A DNA stretch of 64,000 nt from a virus (lineage: Duplodnaviria > Caudoviricetes): positions 53,976-117,975 of IMG/VR virus record IMGVR_UViG_3300029976_000159; one strand, 5' to 3'. Of the stretch, positions 59,677-64,000 are shown piece by piece. Made by a program: the position numbers and the translations under genes. Numbering within the stretch: position 1 is the first letter of the stretch; each line of letters begins with the position of its first letter. The notes beneath the pieces were generated by a model. That model did not search any database and was not told where the DNA came from. It was given only the letters and a program-made list of their open reading frames with translations.

Positions 59677-61123
59677 TTAACCTCTCTCTTATAGTTTCAA
59701 AACTTTCTTCTTTGACCAATTCTCCATCTACAAAGACAGTTTCCAAAAGAGTGTCAGACATATCACAAAGGTGGGTGTATCCGTCTTGTGCACATAATTT
59801 TCCGTTTTCGTTTTTGTACACGCGCACGCATCCCTTGTGCGACTTTTTCAGGTGCGAAGTATCAGTTTTCGGGTCTTTGTAAAGCGCGTAGGGGTGTCTG
59901 TTAATTATTGCGTAAGTAGCCTTCATCGCAATTCCGTAGGTATCACGAGTATAAACGACCATACCGTTCTCGTCCAGATGAGCGGCGAAGCTAAACGCGC
60001 CAATCCCAAAGAAGATGTTGTTAGCCGCAAAACCATCTTGTTCCAGCTGTTTATAGATTTCTTTTACTCGTCCGAGGGTACAACCATCTCCGTAAATAAC
60101 TTTTATGTGTGAGTCGAGGAGCTTATAACCTTTAGAGTTAGTTGTTCCACCGAATGTGTCCCACAAAGATTTAATTGTTTTTATTGAAATATCTATTATG
60201 TCACCGCTGTCCGGTCGGATGAGCAGCGTACCATTATGCGCAAGAATTTCTTCTTTACAAGCCGGCAATATGTTATTAATCATATTCCAATAGTCGTAAG
60301 TATCAGAAACCATTGAGAATGAAGTATTAGGGTAAAGTTCGGTAAGTGCGCGTTTAACGAAGGAGATTTCATCTCCGTCTATGGCAAAATTAGCGCTCAT
60401 TACGCTATGTTCGGTTGAAACTGCGCCAATGCCCACTTTATCGGGGAGGCTAACATAGTTATCCTCTATCCAACAGAGAGAAGGAATTGTGGATGTTTTG
60501 TTAAAAGACAGGAGCCAAGATGCGCTTGCTTTGCAAGCCTCCTCGAGGCAAGACATACCTCTCATTCCAAAATCTGACATAGCCATTGCGGGTTTAGCAT
60601 CATCGACCGTTTTTTCATAGTATTCGTTCGCTATAGCTCTATATTCTGATGCCATAGTCGCGTGTGCGCACGGTTTCCAAAGCTCCATCTGAAGGATACA
60701 CTCTATCCACTGAACAACCCAAGCAAATTGGGTGTTGAGCGCGAATATTTCTATACAAGGAACGCCCATGGGTACTTTTGTTCCTTCGGGGATTGCGCGG
60801 ATAAGAATGGGCAAATGTCCGAGGTCATAAAGCGCCATTACGCGATCTTTTTCAACATTATTGATGTCTATGTGATGGCTCATAACGCGCACATACTCTT
60901 TTTCTACCTGTTCTCTTGGAAGCCTAAAGAAATTTTCGTTAAACATTTTTACAAGATATTTCTTAATGAATGCCTGTAGACCGAAGAATACCATTTCATC
61001 GGTAGCTAACATAGATCTACGAGGAACCCAATAGGAAACAAGTTGGGTAGTACCTTCGGGGTACATTCTTGGATGACATTGCTTATAAGTATCAGAACAC
61101 AGCATAGCAAGAATATTATTCAT
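59663..61123 (-). CDS. NAMPT/NadV-fold phosphoribosyl- (or ADP-ribosyl-) transferase
   Basis: DTYKQCH, DFGMRG, STEHSVM, VSDTYD, IRPDSGD, IYGDG, TRDT, KDPKTD..KKS.KG. Confidence 0.9.
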   Translation of the reverse strand: MNNILAMLCSDTYKQCHPRMYPEGTTQLVSYWVPRRSMLATDEMVFFGLQAFIKKYLVKMFNENFFRLPREQVEKEYVRVMSHHIDINNVEKDRVMALYDLGHLPILIRAIPEGTKVPMGVPCIEIFALNTQFAWVVQWIECILQMELWKPCAHATMASEYRAIANEYYEKTVDDAKPAMAMSDFGMRGMSCLEEACKASASWLLSFNKTSTIPSLCWIEDNYVSLPDKVGIGAVSTEHSVMSANFAIDGDEISFVKRALTELYPNTSFSMVSDTYDYWNMINNILPACKEEILAHNGTLLIRPDSGDIIDISIKTIKSLWDTFGGTTNSKGYKLLDSHIKVIYGDGCTLGRVKEIYKQLEQDGFAANNIFFGIGAFSFAAHLDENGMVVYTRDTYGIAMKATYAIINRHPYALYKDPKTDTSHLKKSHKGCVRVYKNENGKLCAQDGYTHLCDMSDTLLETVFVDGELVKEESFETIRERLNETI

Positions 61124-61127
61124 ATTT

Positions 61128-61922
61128 TTAATCCTTTCTATTATCTACTCTAAATGTTTGAACAAATGTTACGTAATCTTCTCTATTGGCGGTGAAGATG
61201 GAGTCGGTAGTGTAGATGTGTGCGATGGGTTTTTCCTGCCAAAGTTTTCCTTTAGTTACAGCATTTTCAAGATGATCTACATAAAGATAAATATTGCGAG
61301 CGCCAAGCTTTTTAAGTTTTTCGGCAGCGTAATAAAAAGTTCCACCATAGCTACATATATCATCTATAATGAGAATATCTCGGTTAGCAATCGATTCCTT
61401 GCCCTCTATTACCTCGTACGAGGTTATCCGCCCGTCGCGCCAGTTTCTCTTTTTCATGCCTGTCGCGTAAGGTTGACCAAAAAGATCGGAATAGCGTTTT
61501 CTTGCTCCTTCATCAGGGAAGAAAAGTAATGCGTCTTTGTGCTCGCGCACTATTTCGGTTGCATAGGTTGGAAAGACTTCTACTCTATCTAAGAGCGCAG
61601 TTGAAACATTAGAGTGTGGGTTCAGCACACATACTTTGTCGAAATGAAGAGAATTTATTATTTTCGCGAAGTATTTAAGAGTAAATACTTCGTCTAGATT
61701 TTGCGTGCGGTCAAACCTTGCATTCGGTATATACGGCATAGTAAGCGTTATTCTGGTCGTAGGTGACTTTTCGCGCATATGTTGCACTATTGAATAGAGA
61801 AGGAAGATTTCTGAATCTTGGTCATAGCACCATGTTATATCGCCTATGCTGTCAATTTTTACGTTATGGGTATTATCTGGAAATTGTTCTTGCTTGATTA
61901 TGACACCGTTTACCTTAATCAT
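61128..61922 (-). CDS. PRPP-synthetase-like pyrophosphokinase (Prs/Adps-like)
   Basis: FPD, MPYIPNARFDR, NPHS, FPDEGA, IIDDICSYGGTF. Confidence 0.88.
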   Translation of the reverse strand: MIKVNGVIIKQEQFPDNTHNVKIDSIGDITWCYDQDSEIFLLYSIVQHMREKSPTTRITLTMPYIPNARFDRTQNLDEVFTLKYFAKIINSLHFDKVCVLNPHSNVSTALLDRVEVFPTYATEIVREHKDALLFFPDEGARKRYSDLFGQPYATGMKKRNWRDGRITSYEVIEGKESIANRDILIIDDICSYGGTFYYAAEKLKKLGARNIYLYVDHLENAVTKGKLWQEKPIAHIYTTDSIFTANREDYVTFVQTFRVDNRKD

Positions 61923-62452
61923 ACTATTTCTTTACTCCTTGTAATAAATATTTGATTGTTGCGGAGTAGAATCCGCGACGCTTCTTGCGCTTGTGGCGAT
62001 GTTGCCGAGGAAGCATCTTCTATAAAATAAATGGGGATATTAGGAAAACTTGCTCGCAATATAAGTGCATTACTTATTACGCATATATCGGTACAAAGCC
62101 CCGCAATGTAGATAGCCTCCGTCCATGGGTTAATTTCCCCACTCCATTCTGTATATCCAAAAGTATGTTTGATGATGGGAAAACTGTGTCCCGCAAGGGC
62201 GCTCCAGATTGAGGGTTCAAGTTCGTAACCCTTTGTTCCTTTTATGCAGTGTTCTACCGGAAGGATTTTACCCTCAAGAGTTGAAAGGTAGTCATCTTTG
62301 TGTTGATCAAGCGTGTAGAATATCATGTCGCCGTTTTCATAGAACTTTTTAATGGTTTCGCGCATTACTGGAACTATAGCTTGCGCGTTCTCTGAACCTA
62401 GAGCGCCGGTTATAAAATCGTTTTGCATATCAACTACTATTAAAGTTTTCAT
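61919..62452 (-). CDS. pncA: Nicotinamidase (isochorismatase family)
   Basis: VVDMQNDF, D.H, HC..GT.G, K.TFG, GLCTDICV. Confidence 0.88.
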   Translation of the reverse strand: MKTLIVVDMQNDFITGALGSENAQAIVPVMRETIKKFYENGDMIFYTLDQHKDDYLSTLEGKILPVEHCIKGTKGYELEPSIWSALAGHSFPIIKHTFGYTEWSGEINPWTEAIYIAGLCTDICVISNALILRASFPNIPIYFIEDASSATSPQAQEASRILLRNNQIFITRSKEIV

Positions 62453-62490
62453 GGTATTTACTTTACCTTTCTTATTTAATTTATATATAT

Positions 62491-62519
62491 ATTATAATAT
62501 TTTTTTATAAAAAAATCAA
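62491..62519 (-). promoter_or_regulatory. Promoter of the NAD operon
   Basis: TTGATT-17-TATAAT. Confidence 0.7.
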
Positions 62520-62588
62520 AAATTTTCGGACATTTTAGGAAAAAAATATTATTTTGGAATTTAAGATTTTTGAAAGGATGTGAGAATA

Positions 62589-62732
62589 ATGAAAAATGAT
62601 GTTAGTATTACTTTTACTTGCGCCAAGAGTGAAAAAGAAAAGTTGTAGGAAATTGCGCAAAAGGAGAGTAGAAATATGAATTAGATTATGCGCTTGTTAC
62701 TTAGAAAGTATTTGCAGAAATATAGCGTCTAA
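62589..62732 (+). CDS. Ribbon-helix-helix DNA-binding protein (47 aa, 2 in-frame TAG)
   Basis: MKNDVSITFTCAKSEKEKL*EIAQKESRNMN*IMRLLLRKYL: RHH pattern. Confidence 0.65.
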
Positions 62733-62742
62733 AATTTTAACA
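62723..62742. repeat. 20-bp inverted repeat, left copy
   Basis: TAGCGTCTAAAATTTTAACA; exact reverse complement at 63355-63374. Confidence 0.85.
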
Positions 62743-62772
62743 GGTTTTTTTAACACTTCTATATAAAAGGTG

Positions 62773-63360
62773 GTGAAAATAATAAAAAATTCAAGACAAA
62801 TACCCAAGAGCAAAGAGATTTGCGCTGATAAGAAATATTCTGATGTGTTGTATGCGTACTTGTAGTAGATTTCAAGTTTTTAGCCAGCGGAAGGAGTTCG
62901 TTATGTAAAAAAGAAATAGGTTAATTTTAGTTAGCTTGGGCGCAAATTTGGGTTATCAAGATAGACAACTTCTACAAGATTTAAAAATTTAATTAATATG
63001 GGTTTTATTGTAGAAAATAAGGAAAAAGGTTGGTATGAATTAACGCTTTTGGAAAAAGATATAGCTATGTTGATTCCTTACGAAACCTTAACCTTGTTAG
63101 TGGATACACTTAGCGCAAATACTATTAGTACTTATGTTTATTTATTTAAAAGGTATTATGCAAATTGTTAGAAAAGTTTTTTATTTACTCTTAGTTAGAT
63201 TAAAATGTTTTTAGGACTTTGCGCAACTACTAGAAGTAATGATGAAATTATTACTAATATTTTATTTGTATTAAAAAAAATTGGTTTAATTGATGTTGAG
63301 CTGAAAATAATTGATAATAAAACTATGTATGAATTAAAAGAAGTTAGGGTGAAGTGTTAA
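62773..63360 (+). CDS. Tandem winged-helix protein, replication-initiator-like (195 aa, 8 in-frame TAG)
   Basis: Absent from the standard-code ORF track; S*LGRKFGLSR*TTSTRFKNLINMGFI HTH and a second wHTH LKKIGLI. Confidence 0.75.
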
Positions 63361-63374
63361 AATTTTAGACGCTA
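63355..63374. repeat. 20-bp inverted repeat, right copy
   Basis: TGTTAAAATTTTAGACGCTA. Confidence 0.85.
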
Positions 63375-63442
63375 CCTGTTAAAAAAATAGTAACCATATA
63401 AATAGTATTTAAATAGGGGCTTTGCTGAAGAACTTTAAAAAC

Positions 63443-63572
63443 GTTTTTATTCACAGTACGTTTCGCAAAAGCTAACGCTTTTGCTCACTATGTGAATAAA
63501 AACTTAAGGCGCTTTTAATTTGGACTTTTAACGCCCAAAGCTAGCGCTTTAGGCTAAGTCCAAATTAAAAGC
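63443..63572. other. Two adjacent long hairpins with a shared apical motif
   Basis: 63443-63503 and 63511-63572, both capped by AAAGC-TA(A/G)C-GCTTT. Confidence 0.7.
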
Positions 63573-63587
63573 TTTGCGGGAAGGAGA

Positions 63588-63881
63588 GTGATGAAAATGA
63601 AATTGAGATTGGGGCGCATGACTACTGAAGAAATGGCGAATTGGTTTGGTGTTACTGTTACAACTTATTATTCAAGAAGGAAAAAGCGCATGGAAGAGTT
63701 AAAAGAATATTGCGATTTTGAAGAATATATAGGCGGTCTTATTATAAAAGAGATTTATAAAGATACTTACGAGAAAAAAGTAGTTAAGAAAGAAGAAAAA
63801 AAGAAGAAGGAAAAGAAAAAGAAGAAAAAGAAGAAGAAAGTACATCCCTTAGATAGAAGTTCTTGGTTAAATTATATATAA
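63588..63881 (+). CDS. Small HTH-like protein with Lys-rich tail
   Basis: MTTEEMANWFGV; AAGGAG RBS. Confidence 0.55.
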   Translation: MMKMKLRLGRMTTEEMANWFGVTVTTYYSRRKKRMEELKEYCDFEEYIGGLIIKEIYKDTYEKKVVKKEEKKKKEKKKKKKKKKVHPLDRSSWLNYI

Positions 63882-64000
63882 AATAAATAAAATGATATAT
63901 AAAATAAATAAAATGATATATAAAATAAATAAAATGATATATAAAATAAATAAAATGATATATAAAATAAATAAAATGATATATAAAATAAATAAAATGA
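63874..64000. repeat. Tandem repeat, 21-bp unit, at least 6 perfect copies (runs off window)
   Basis: (ATATATAAAATAAATAAAATG)n. Confidence 0.92.

Noticed and set aside
79-62212. Numerous short plus-strand and alternative-frame ORFs in the track (e.g. 79-279, 6346-6813, 41887-42309, 45008-45466)
   Set aside because: Antisense shadows of well-supported minus-strand genes, lacking RBS or motifs
63874-64000. CRISPR array
   Set aside because: Units are contiguous with no unique spacers, and there are no cas genes

Overview
A 64-kb segment of a large AT-rich lytic phage genome, probably infecting gut Bacillota/Clostridia (SLH-domain lysins, HPr-like and XkdX genes, sigma-A-type promoters). Nearly all genes are on the minus strand. 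1-31.9 kb is a replication, nucleotide-metabolism and RNA-repair block (nrdD N-terminus, gmk, dnaE, two adenine MTases, RecD-like helicase, recJ, primase, dnaB, thyX, ligase, gyrA/gyrB, phoH, RNA ligase/PNK/phosphoesterase, DUF2828). 32-48.7 kb is a virion/lysis block. 48.9-49.8 kb holds tRNAs. 50-62.5 kb holds early accessory genes ending in a four-gene NAD operon. Main results: (1) TAG is reassigned to Gln. About 13 genes become full length when TAG is read through, TAG occupies the catalytic Gln of a papain-like protease, and an amber-suppressor tRNA (CUA) is encoded; core replication genes have no in-frame TAG. (2) A complete diversity-generating retroelement (RT, Avd, TR, VR; 18 of 18 mismatches at TR adenines) targets a tail-fibre-like gene. 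(3) Group I introns interrupt recJ (ORF-less, possibly ending in A rather than G) and gyrB (with a decayed GIY-YIG endonuclease). (4) A pncA-prs-NAMPT-like-nadE operon looks like a nicotinate-based variant of the phage NAD-reconstitution pathway; this is the best candidate for an undescribed system. (5) A radical SAM/SPASM enzyme lies next to a Cys-motif cell-wall hydrolase. (6) The 7-mer CCAAGAG is strongly over-represented, and there are several unexplained structured repeats. An Illumina adapter artefact sits inside phoH.
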